From Cereibacter sphaeroides 2.4.1 (GTDB lineage: Bacteria; Pseudomonadota; Alphaproteobacteria; Rhodobacterales; Rhodobacteraceae), in the NCBI RefSeq assembly GCF_000012905.2, contig NC_007493.2, positions 1,710,001-1,742,000 of the forward strand: a stretch of 32,000 bases of DNA. The letters are read 5' to 3'. Numbering within the stretch: position 1 is the first letter of the stretch; each line of letters begins with the position of its first letter. Position numbers and translations under genes: made by a program. The notes under the pieces are model-generated. The model made no database searches. It was not told where the DNA came from and was given only the letters and a program-made list of their open reading frames with translations. Shown here piece after piece: positions 17,052-25,224 of this stretch.

Positions 17052-18103
17052 GCCACGGCCTCCACCATCGGATTGGCCCAGAAGAGCTTGTCGTCGAGCA
17101 GCTTCGAGGCCCGCAGCCGCATCAGCATCTTGAGACGGGTGTAGGGCTCGGCGCGGAATTCCTCGGGCGTCATGGCGATGCGCTCGAACACCTGCCGCAT
17201 CTGGCGCGCGCCCTTCTCGGCGGTCCATTCGCACTGGAACTCGGGCAGGACGCGCTGGATCTTGTCGAAATTCACCCGGTAGGAGCGGTTGTCGGCCGAG
17301 GGCTGCCCCACCTCGAGCTCGCATCCCGGGAAGCTGTCGGCCACGATCCGGGCGATCTCGATAACGCGATAGTTCTGGTCGTTCGAGCCGACGTTGTAGG
17401 CCTGCCCCCGGATCGCATCCGCCGGCGCGGTGAGCGAGCGCCACACCGCCTGACACATGTCGAGCGCATGGACGAGCGGGCGCCAGGGCGAGCCGTCCGA
17501 CTGGAGCGTGATCTTGTTGGTGGTCCAGGCAAGGCCGCAGAGGTCGTTCAGCACGATGTCGAACCGTTGCCGCGGGCTCGCCCCATAGGCGGTGGCGTTG
17601 CGCAGGAAGCAGGGCTCGAAGTCGCTGTCGGCCCGCCGGGTCAGGTCTTCCTCGACCTTCACCTTGCATTCGGCATAGGCGGTCTGCGGATTGACGGGGC
17701 TCGTTTCGTCGAGGATCTGTTCGGGCTGGCCCACGCCATAGACCGAGCAGGAGGACATGTAGACGAAGCGCCTGGCCCCGGCCTTGCGCGCCATCTCGGC
17801 CAGATGCATCGAGCCGCCGTGGTTGATCTCGTGGGTGAGGCCGGGCGACTGCTGGCCCAGCGGATCGTTCGACAGTTCCGCCAGATGGGCCACCGCGTCG
17901 AACCCTTCGAGGTCGGCGACCGTCACCTGCCGGATGTCCTTGGTGATGACAGCCGGGCGCGGCGCCGAGGTCGGATAGAGCCAGCCCTTGCGATAGAAGC
18001 CGGTGTCGAGGCCCACCGCCTCGATGCCTTTCTCAAGCAGGTAAGGGCCGAGGAGAGCGCCGACATAACCGTCCGCACCGGTGAATAGAACCTTCAGGGC
18101 CAT
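17048..18103 (-). CDS. NAD-dependent epimerase/dehydratase (extended SDR)
   Basis: 351 aa. TGADGYVG glycine motif and catalytic YAECK. ATG at 18103 with GGAGA upstream (the track start at 18106 is TTG). Confidence 0.88.
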   Translation of the reverse strand: MALKVLFTGADGYVGALLGPYLLEKGIEAVGLDTGFYRKGWLYPTSAPRPAVITKDIRQVTVADLEGFDAVAHLAELSNDPLGQQSPGLTHEINHGGSMHLAEMARKAGARRFVYMSSCSVYGVGQPEQILDETSPVNPQTAYAECKVKVEEDLTRRADSDFEPCFLRNATAYGASPRQRFDIVLNDLCGLAWTTNKITLQSDGSPWRPLVHALDMCQAVWRSLTAPADAIRGQAYNVGSNDQNYRVIEIARIVADSFPGCELEVGQPSADNRSYRVNFDKIQRVLPEFQCEWTAEKGARQMRQVFERIAMTPEEFRAEPYTRLKMLMRLRASKLLDDKLFWANPMVEAVA

Positions 18104-18300
18104 CAAAATCTCCGATCAATCAGCGCCGTCAGCCGGCGTCTTCAAAACAGCGGTGCCGGGCCCCAGGGGGGCCGGCCAATCATCCGGGAAAGAGGAAGCG
18201 TTGCACATCCGTTGCGGAACCGAAATTGTCCCGCAGATCCGTCCGGTCTAAATCGCCCGACATTCCCACGCCGAGATCATCGGGAAGGCCCGCGCGACTG

Positions 18301-19092
18301 TCAAGCGCGCAGACCCACTCCCGGCAGGCGGCCATGGCCCCGCCACGGAGCGGGCCGCACCAGCGCCGCCTGCCGCGCCTTCTCCTGCGCGATGAAGCCG
18401 TCGAGCAGCGCCTCCTCCCGCGCCATGTCCTCGGACCCGAGGGCGCGCGGCGGGCGCTCGGAATCGAGCGCCGCCCAGAGTGTGCCGAACCCGCCCGTCA
18501 TCTCGCGCGCGGTCGCGGTGCGGTCGAGCAGCCGCGCCGCATGGAGCGACGCCCGCCCCTGCCGGTGCAGGAAGCGCGTCACCGCCCGTGCGTGCAGACG
18601 CGAGCGCCAGTTGCGCGCCCCGTCGAGAGGGCGCTCGCCCGCAGGCGCTTCGGCGGCCTCCGGATCGATGAGAACTTCGAGCTCGCGCATCTTGGCCAGA
18701 TAGCGCGAAGCGGCCGCGCCCGGCAGCGGCTCGGCCTCCTGCGGAAGCGCGGCCTGCGGCACGAGCCGCCGCGCAAGCGTGCGCAGCCGCCCCACCCAGT
18801 CGACGCCCGCCTGCGCCTCGAGAACCAGCACGAGGCCCGGCAGGCGCCGGTCGGCCAGCGCCCGCGCCGCTTCCTCGCCGGCTCTCGTGCCTTCCGCCGC
18901 CACGAGCACCACCACCGAACTGCCGAGGCCCGCGAGCCGGCTTCTCAGCCGTGCTTCCTGTCCCGCGGCGAGCGTCAGGGCCACGACTGAGCGCGCGGCG
19001 GGAATGCGGCGGCACTCGACCGAGCGGACAGCGTGCAGGCGCACGCCCTCGGGCAGCAGGTCGTCGATCAGGAAGGGCGCGGCGCGGCTCAT
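18301..19092 (-). CDS. Hypothetical protein, no recognisable family
   Basis: 263 aa from the verified ATG at 19092 (MSRAAPFLIDDLLPEG...). I read its codons and third positions are overwhelmingly G/C, unlike the two other overlapping track ORFs, which look like Arg/Pro/Gly-rich artefacts. Confidence 0.6.
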   Translation of the reverse strand: MSRAAPFLIDDLLPEGVRLHAVRSVECRRIPAARSVVALTLAAGQEARLRSRLAGLGSSVVVLVAAEGTRAGEEAARALADRRLPGLVLVLEAQAGVDWVGRLRTLARRLVPQAALPQEAEPLPGAAASRYLAKMRELEVLIDPEAAEAPAGERPLDGARNWRSRLHARAVTRFLHRQGRASLHAARLLDRTATAREMTGGFGTLWAALDSERPPRALGSEDMAREEALLDGFIAQEKARQAALVRPAPWRGHGRLPGVGLRA

Positions 19093-19319
19093 GCGGTCTC
19101 TCCGGCTGGGGGAAGACAAGGCTGCACCCGCGCCGGACAAACGCCGTGCGGGTGCGAGATCTGACTGGTCTCTTCCTCTGTCATGACGGCGCAACGCAGG
19201 CCCTGTCCGGCGGTTCCGCAGACCGGCCGTCAACCGACGGGACCGGCCGGGCCTGACCCCGGGGAACGAACGCGCCTTTCCCTCCGTTGCCCTTCCGATC
19301 AACGGGGAGAGGGCGCCAG

Positions 19320-20318
19320 ATGCAGGACAGGCCGGTCGTGGTCATCACCGGAGGAACGGCGGGCGTGGGGCGTGCCCTCGCCAGAGCCTACGCGCACCGC
19401 GGCTGGCGCGTGGCGGTTCTGGCGCGCGGACAGGCGGGCCTCGCGGCCACCGCCGCCGACGTGGCCCGTGCCGGGGGCGAGCCCCTGACCCTTGCGGCAG
19501 ATGTCGCGGACTCCGCCGCCGTCTTCGACGCGGCCGACCGCGTGGTGGCCCGCTGGGGCCGCATCGACCTCTGGATCAACAATGCGATGGTCACGGTCTT
19601 CGGCCCGGCCGAGCGCGCGACGCCCGAGGAATATGCCCGCGTCACCGCCGTGACCTACCTCGGCACCGTCCATGGCACGCTCGCGGCGCTGCGCCACATG
19701 CGCCCACGCGACCGCGGCACCATCCTTCAGATCGGCTCGGCGCTGGCCTACCGCTCGATCCCCCTGCAGGCCGCCTATTGCGCGGCGAAGGCCGCCTGCC
19801 GGGGCTTCACCGACTCGCTCCGGTCCGAGCTTCTGCATGAGAAGAGCCGCATCCGCCTCACCATGGCGCAGCTCCCGGCCGTCGATACGCCGCAGTTCGA
19901 CTGGGCCCGCACCCATGTCCGCGGACGCCCGCAGCCCGTGCCCCCGATCCATACCCCCGAGGCCGTGGCCGAAGCGATCGCCGCCGCGGCCCGCACGGCC
20001 CCGCGCGAGATCTGGATCGGCGCGCCCTCGATGCAGGCGATCCTCGGCACGATGGTGGCGCCGGGCCTCATGGACCGGATGATGGCGCGCAGCGCCTGGG
20101 ACAGCCAGATCGGTCCCGGAGACGCCCGCGCAGACAATCTCATGCAGCCGGTCGAGCGTGACATGGGCGCCGCAGGCCGCTTCGGCTCCGAAGCGTCCGA
20201 CCGGGTCGCGAGCCTCTCCGGCCCCACCGTCCGCGCAGGCCTTGCGGCCGGCGGCGTGCTGGTCGCGGCCGCGGCCCTCACCGCCGCAGCGCTCCTCGCC
20301 CGCCGCCGCGACCCATGA
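19320..20318 (+). CDS. Short-chain dehydrogenase/reductase with C-terminal hydrophobic anchor
   Basis: 332 aa. TGGTAGVGRA cofactor motif and catalytic YCAAK. C-terminal AGGVLVAAAALTAAALLA segment. ATG at 19320 with GGGGAGAGGG upstream. Confidence 0.88.
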   Translation: MQDRPVVVITGGTAGVGRALARAYAHRGWRVAVLARGQAGLAATAADVARAGGEPLTLAADVADSAAVFDAADRVVARWGRIDLWINNAMVTVFGPAERATPEEYARVTAVTYLGTVHGTLAALRHMRPRDRGTILQIGSALAYRSIPLQAAYCAAKAACRGFTDSLRSELLHEKSRIRLTMAQLPAVDTPQFDWARTHVRGRPQPVPPIHTPEAVAEAIAAAARTAPREIWIGAPSMQAILGTMVAPGLMDRMMARSAWDSQIGPGDARADNLMQPVERDMGAAGRFGSEASDRVASLSGPTVRAGLAAGGVLVAAAALTAAALLARRRDP

Positions 20319-20321
20319 CCG

Positions 20322-20342
20322 TCACGCATACGTCATGCGTGA
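20322..20342. promoter_or_regulatory. Perfect palindrome TCACGCAT-N5-ATGCGTGA between the SDR and CoA-transferase genes (terminator hairpin or operator)
   Basis: 8-bp inverted repeat read directly from the sequence, 4 nt after the SDR stop and 138 nt before the next ATG. No T-tract follows. Confidence 0.4.
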
Positions 20343-20479
20343 AATGCATGGCTGCCATTCCGCCCTGAACACGCGCCCCAGATTGTGAATTTCGATCCGG
20401 CCCGTTACCAAAGTTGCCGGCAGGCCGGGATCCGCACAACTTTCCGTCCTCCGAATGGCTTTTCAGGGAGGAGGGGCCC

Positions 20480-21979
20480 ATGCTCGACGGTGTGGAGAAC
20501 GACAGGATCCGGCATGTCGGCCTGCGCGAGCGCGTGACCAGCGCGGATGAGGCTGCGGCCCTGATCGAAGACGGCATGACGGTCGGCATGTCGGGCTTCA
20601 CCCGCGCTGGCGAGGCCAAGGCGGTGCCGATGGCGCTCGCGGCCCGGGCGCGGCAGCATCCGCTGAAGATCACGCTGATGACCGGCGCCTCGCTCGGCAA
20701 CGATCTCGACAAGACGCTGGCCGAGGCCCATGTCCTCGCCCGCCGCATCCCGTTCCAGTCCGATCCCGCGCTCCGCAAGGCGATCAACCGCGGCGAGGTG
20801 ATGTTCATCGACCAGCATCTCTCCGAGACGGTCGAGATGCTGCGCACCCGCCAGCTGCCGCGCGTCGATGTGGCCGTGGTCGAGGCGGTGGCCATCACCG
20901 AGAACGGCGGCATCGTGCCCACGACCTCGGTCGGCAACTCCGCCTCCTTCGCCATCCTCGCCGAGAAGGTCATCGTCGAGATCAACCTCAGCCAGCCGGC
21001 CGAGCTCGAGGGGCTGCACGACATCTACATCCCCACCTACCGGCCGAACCGGATGCCGATCCCGGTGGTCACGCCCGAGAGCCGGGTCGGCCTGCCCTTC
21101 ATCCCGATCCCGCCCGAGAAGATCGCGGCCATCGTCGTGACCGAGAAGCTCGACAGCTCGGCCACGATCCTCGACCCCGACGCCGACACCCGGGCCATCG
21201 CGGGCCATCTGACCGAGTTCCTGCTGCACGAGGTGCGCGCAGGACGGCTCGATCACACGCTCCAGCCGCTGCAGGCCGGGATCGGCACCATCGCGAACGC
21301 GGTGCTGCACGGGTTCATCGACACGCCGTTCCACGATCTGAAAATGTATTCCGAGGTCCTGCAGGACTCGACCTTCGACCTGTTCGACGCAGGCAAGATG
21401 CGCTTCGCCTCGGGCTCGTCGATCACCCTCTCGGCGCAGAAATACCAGCAGGTGCTGCCGCGGCTTGTCGAATACAAGCCGCGCCTGATCCTGCGCCCGC
21501 AGGAGATCTCGAACCACCCCGAGGTCGTCCGGCGCTTGGGCCTCATCTGCATCAACACCGCGCTCGAGTTCGACATCTACGGCAACGTGAACTCCACCCA
21601 TGTGGGGGGCACGCAGATGATGAACGGGATCGGCGGCTCGGGCGATTTCGCGCGCAACGCCTATCTCTCGGTCTTCGTGACGAAATCGGTGGCCAAGCAC
21701 GGGGCTGTCTCCTCCGTCGTGCCGATGGTGAGCCACGTCGACCATACCGAGCATGACGTGGACATCCTCGTGACCGAAGTGGGCCTTGCCGATCTGCGCG
21801 GCCTCGCCCCCCGCGAGCGGGCCGCCACGATCATCGCCAACTGCGTGCACCCGGACTACCGGCCGATGCTGCGCGACTATTACGACCGCGCCTGCCAGCG
21901 CGGCGGCCACACGCCGCATGTGCTGGAAGAGGCGCTGTCCTGGCATGTCCGGCTCGCCGAAACCGGCCGGATGATCTGA
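20480..21979 (+). CDS. Acetyl-CoA hydrolase/transferase family protein (succinate/acetate CoA-transferase type)
   Basis: 499 aa. N-terminal DGMTVGMSGFT and C-terminal NGIGGSGDF motifs of this family. ATG at 20480 with GGGAGGAGG upstream. Confidence 0.9.
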   Translation: MLDGVENDRIRHVGLRERVTSADEAAALIEDGMTVGMSGFTRAGEAKAVPMALAARARQHPLKITLMTGASLGNDLDKTLAEAHVLARRIPFQSDPALRKAINRGEVMFIDQHLSETVEMLRTRQLPRVDVAVVEAVAITENGGIVPTTSVGNSASFAILAEKVIVEINLSQPAELEGLHDIYIPTYRPNRMPIPVVTPESRVGLPFIPIPPEKIAAIVVTEKLDSSATILDPDADTRAIAGHLTEFLLHEVRAGRLDHTLQPLQAGIGTIANAVLHGFIDTPFHDLKMYSEVLQDSTFDLFDAGKMRFASGSSITLSAQKYQQVLPRLVEYKPRLILRPQEISNHPEVVRRLGLICINTALEFDIYGNVNSTHVGGTQMMNGIGGSGDFARNAYLSVFVTKSVAKHGAVSSVVPMVSHVDHTEHDVDILVTEVGLADLRGLAPRERAATIIANCVHPDYRPMLRDYYDRACQRGGHTPHVLEEALSWHVRLAETGRMI

Positions 21980-22251
21980 CGCGCCGCCCCACGGTCAACC
22001 GGTCCCCTCGGCGGACTGCCGCGGCCGGACCATGAGGCGATCTCGCACATGCCGATGGAGCGGCCGGACGGCGTGCGACGATGAACGCCCGCGCGGCCGC
22101 CCCTTCGCGACGTGCCGCGGGGGCGCCGCAACGTCCGAAGCAGAAGAACGGTCCCTGCCGTTCCCGCCTCGGAACCGGCCTGCCGGATCAGGGCAGGCCC
22201 GGTCCCGCCCGGGTCTTCCACAGGAGCCGGCAGCCGGGATGCCCGTCCCCG

Positions 22252-24753
22252 TCAGGTCGCGGCGTCCCCCGTCGCCGGCTGTATCCTGCGCTTGGGCAGG
22301 CAGCCGGAGATGAAGCTTGCGATCCCGGGGGCAGGCAGCGGGCGCGAGAAGAAATAGCCCTGCGCCTCGTCCACCCCCTCGGCGATGGCGCAATCGAGCT
22401 GCGCCTGCGTCTCCACCCCCTCGACGGTGGTGCGCATGTCGAGGCTGCGTCCGAGCCCGGCCACCGCCTTCAGGATGGCCAGCGCCTCGCGCGCGTCGGG
22501 AAGGTCGCGGATGAAGGAGCGATCCACCTTGATCTTGTCGAAGGGGAAGCTGCGCAGATAGCCCAGCGACGAGTAGCCGGTGCCGAAATCGTCCATCACG
22601 ATCTTCGCCCCCAGCGCCCGGAGATCCTGCAGCACGCCGATGTTCCGGTCGGTGGGGTCGAGCAACACGGATTCGGTGATCTCGAGCTGGAGCCGCTCGG
22701 GCGGCAGGCCCGAGGCGCGCAGCGCCGAGGCCACCTGATCGACCAGCGCCCCGCCATGGAACTGGAGCGGCGACAGGTTGACCGCCACCGACACGCTGTC
22801 CGGCCATCGGGCGGCCTGAGCGCAGGCCTCGTGCAGCACCCAGTCGCCCATGTCGCCGATGAGCCCCGCCTCTTCCGCAAGCGGGATGAACTGGTCGGGC
22901 GTGATCCAGCCCGCCCCCTTGCGATGCCAGCGCATCAGCGCCTCGCAGGCCGTGACCTGCCCGTCGCGCAACCCGATCAGCGGCTGGTAGAAGACCGAGA
23001 GTTCGCCCAGACCCAGCGCAGCCCGGAGCGCCGCCTTCATCTTCTGCCGGCTCTGAAGATGGGTGTCGGTCGCCTCGTCGAAGACACGGAAGGTGCCGCG
23101 TCCCGCCTGCTTGGCCGCATAGAGCGCCACATCGGCGTAGCGCATGATCTCCTCGGCGCTGTCGCCGTGCCCGCGGGCAAAGGCGATGCCCACGCTGGCG
23201 CCCACTTCGGGCACCGCACCCTCGAGATCGAAGGGCTTCGAGATGGCCGCGATCAGGCGGCGGGCCAGATCGCAGGCCTCCTGCTCGGAGCGGATCGGCG
23301 TCTGGATCACGGCAAACTCGTCCCCGCCCAGCCGCGCCACCGTGTCGGTGCTGCGCACCGAGGTGCGCAGCCGGTTGGCGACTTCGCACAGCACCTGATC
23401 GCCCACCGGGTGGCCGCGGGTGTCGTTCACCGTCTTGAACCCGTCGAGATCGAGCATCAGCACGGCAACCGACCGCTCCGGCGCGAGGCTCGCCACCGCC
23501 TCCTGATAGCAGTCGCCGAAATAATGCCGGTTGGGCAGGCCCGTCAGCATGTCGTGGCGCGCCATGTGAAAGACCTGGAGCTGCGCCATCACCCGGTCAT
23601 CCTCGGCCTGACGGCGGGCGCTGATGTCGACGCAGCAGCCGATATAGCCGATGAAGGTGCCGTCGGCGAGGAGGCGGGGGTGACCCACGTCGATGACCCA
23701 GCACCACCCGCCATCCTTCCGTCGGATACGGAACTCGTTCGTGTAGGCGATGCGCCGGCGCATCGCCTCCCGCGTGATCGCCGCCGTGGCATCGCGGTCA
23801 TCGGGATGAACGGCATCGATCCAGCCCGTCCCCAGAGCCTCGTCCAGCGACTGGCCGGTGGCACCGAGCCAGCTGCGGCTGACGAAGACGTTCCGCCCCT
23901 CGGTGTCCGTCACCCAGATCATCACCGGCGCATCGTCGGCGAAGGCGCGGAAGCGCGCTTCGCTCTCGCGCAGCTGCTCGACGGTGGTGCGCCTTTCGTG
24001 CACATCCTCGATGATGCCGAACCAGCGGTCCACCCGCTGATCCTGATCCCTCGGCCGGGCCACGATGCGCGCCCGGAACCAGCGGTAGGCACCGTCCGGC
24101 ATCTGCAGCCGGTGCTCGGCATCGAAGGACTGCCCCCCCCGGACGGAGCGGATCCAGGCCCGTCGCAGGTCGCGCCGGTCGCAGGGATGCATCGCGGCCC
24201 ACCAGGCATCGACATGCCGCGTGCCCGCAGGCAGCCCGGTGATCGCGACCAGCCGGTCGGAGAGATCCGAGAGCACCCCGTCGGCGGTGAAGCTGAAGGG
24301 CGCCACCGGATGCAGCTCGAGCAGATTGCGCAGATGTGCCTCGCGCTGGCGCAGAACGCCTTCGGTCTCGCGCAGATCGGTGATCTCGAAGAAGGTCACC
24401 ACCAGATGCTCGCCCGCCGGGCGGCGGGAGACGAGGAAGCGGCGGACGCCACGCGGACCCGGCATCTCCTGCTCGGCCGAGACCGAGCCCCGGCGCATGG
24501 CCTCGGCATCGAAGGAGGCGATCTGCTCGGCCTGCGTGCCCGCCACCAGCTCATGCTCGGCACCGCCGGCGAGACCGCTGCGATCCCGACCGAGCAGGTC
24601 GCAGGCCGCGCGATTGGCGAAGATGACCTGACCTTGCGCGTTCTTGATGAGAACCGGATGGGCCACGCCATCGAAGAAGGCGATCCAGCACTCGCCGGAC
24701 ACCGGACCGGGTTGCCTGATCAGACGATGGCGCAGGCTTTGCATCTCCGTCAT
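22252..24753 (-). CDS. Multi-PAS / GGDEF / EAL cyclic-di-GMP turnover protein
   Basis: About 833 aa with three PAS-like N-terminal repeats. RSTD I-site lies 5 residues before GGDEF. EAL domain motifs present: EALMRW, DDFGTGYSS, EGVET. ATG at 24753 is preferred (AGGTG upstream); a GTG at 24762 is also possible. Confidence 0.92.
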   Translation of the reverse strand: MTEMQSLRHRLIRQPGPVSGECWIAFFDGVAHPVLIKNAQGQVIFANRAACDLLGRDRSGLAGGAEHELVAGTQAEQIASFDAEAMRRGSVSAEQEMPGPRGVRRFLVSRRPAGEHLVVTFFEITDLRETEGVLRQREAHLRNLLELHPVAPFSFTADGVLSDLSDRLVAITGLPAGTRHVDAWWAAMHPCDRRDLRRAWIRSVRGGQSFDAEHRLQMPDGAYRWFRARIVARPRDQDQRVDRWFGIIEDVHERRTTVEQLRESEARFRAFADDAPVMIWVTDTEGRNVFVSRSWLGATGQSLDEALGTGWIDAVHPDDRDATAAITREAMRRRIAYTNEFRIRRKDGGWCWVIDVGHPRLLADGTFIGYIGCCVDISARRQAEDDRVMAQLQVFHMARHDMLTGLPNRHYFGDCYQEAVASLAPERSVAVLMLDLDGFKTVNDTRGHPVGDQVLCEVANRLRTSVRSTDTVARLGGDEFAVIQTPIRSEQEACDLARRLIAAISKPFDLEGAVPEVGASVGIAFARGHGDSAEEIMRYADVALYAAKQAGRGTFRVFDEATDTHLQSRQKMKAALRAALGLGELSVFYQPLIGLRDGQVTACEALMRWHRKGAGWITPDQFIPLAEEAGLIGDMGDWVLHEACAQAARWPDSVSVAVNLSPLQFHGGALVDQVASALRASGLPPERLQLEITESVLLDPTDRNIGVLQDLRALGAKIVMDDFGTGYSSLGYLRSFPFDKIKVDRSFIRDLPDAREALAILKAVAGLGRSLDMRTTVEGVETQAQLDCAIAEGVDEAQGYFFSRPLPAPGIASFISGCLPKRRIQPATGDAAT

Positions 24754-24799
24754 CCGAGGCACCTAAGAATGAAATCGAATCGAACCGAGGAAGTCCGCG

Positions 24800-24973
24800 T
24801 CAGAAGATCAGCATGCCGATCGCCACCCAGAAGGCGCCGCCGCACAGCACCGAGGGAAGCAGCCACCATCCCGAGGGCAGTCGGTTCTCTGGCTCGGGGA
24901 TCTCGTCGGCTTCGGGCGGCGCGGTGGCCGCCAGAACGGGATAGGGGGCGCTGAAGGCAAGGCTGTCGCTCAT
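24800..24973 (-). CDS. Small (57 aa) single-pass membrane protein, absent from the supplied ORF track
   Basis: Hand translation gives MSDSLAFSAPYPVLAATAPPEADEIPEPENRLPSGWWLLPSVLCGGAFWVAIGMLIF*. Strong G/C third-position bias. GAGAG lies upstream of the ATG. It ends 47 nt before the GGDEF-EAL start on the same strand. Confidence 0.45.
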   Translation of the reverse strand: MSDSLAFSAPYPVLAATAPPEADEIPEPENRLPSGWWLLPSVLCGGAFWVAIGMLIF

Positions 24974-25116
24974 GCTGGTCTCTCACTTGGGGGCGGCGGC
25001 CGTCTGTCGCGACCTCCACCGATATTAGGGCAAGCGGCCGCCCGGGCTCGGCGACAGGCGGATGCTCTGTTACGACAATAAGTATGGAGACCCCTTCCAA
25101 GGCCTTAACGGCCCTC

Positions 25117-25135
25117 AGCCGCCGCCGGCTTTTTT
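25117..25135 (+). terminator. Orphan short hairpin AGCCG-CCGC-CGGCT followed by a T run (T6 including the last stem base)
   Basis: 5-bp stem plus a T run that is rare in this sequence. It lies in the divergent region between the small ORF and the 25225 gene, with no plus-strand gene upstream. Confidence 0.3.
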
Positions 25136-25168
25136 GCGTCCGGAGCCGCGGCAGGCTGCAGGCCGGCC

Positions 25169-25195
25169 TAAACCGCGTCGAGGATCGTCCGTTAC
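25169..25195 (+). promoter_or_regulatory. Weak sigma-28 (FliA)-like promoter: TAAA-N15-TCCGTTAC
   Basis: TAAA at 25169-25172, an exact 15-nt spacer, and a -10 element matching 5 of 8 positions of GCCGATAA. It ends 30 nt before the GTG start at 25225. Confidence 0.25.
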
Positions 25196-25224
25196 CGTGC
25201 TGAGCAGCCAAGACGGAGGACCCC

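Noticed and set aside
18143-18158. Sigma-54-like CGGCAC-N5-TTTTG on the minus strand upstream of the epimerase gene
   Set aside because: The -12 GC dinucleotide is absent (TT at the required position) and the -24 element lacks the leading T. This is not a credible sigma-54 promoter.
18249-18277. Sigma-28-like TAAA-N17-GCCGAGAT on the plus strand
   Set aside because: The spacer is 17 nt rather than 15. The motif points into the 3' end of a minus-strand gene, with no plus-strand gene downstream.
22081-24954. 957-aa plus-strand ORF opposite the PAS-GGDEF-EAL gene
   Set aside because: The same antisense artefact. The minus-strand product carries intact GGDEF and EAL motifs.
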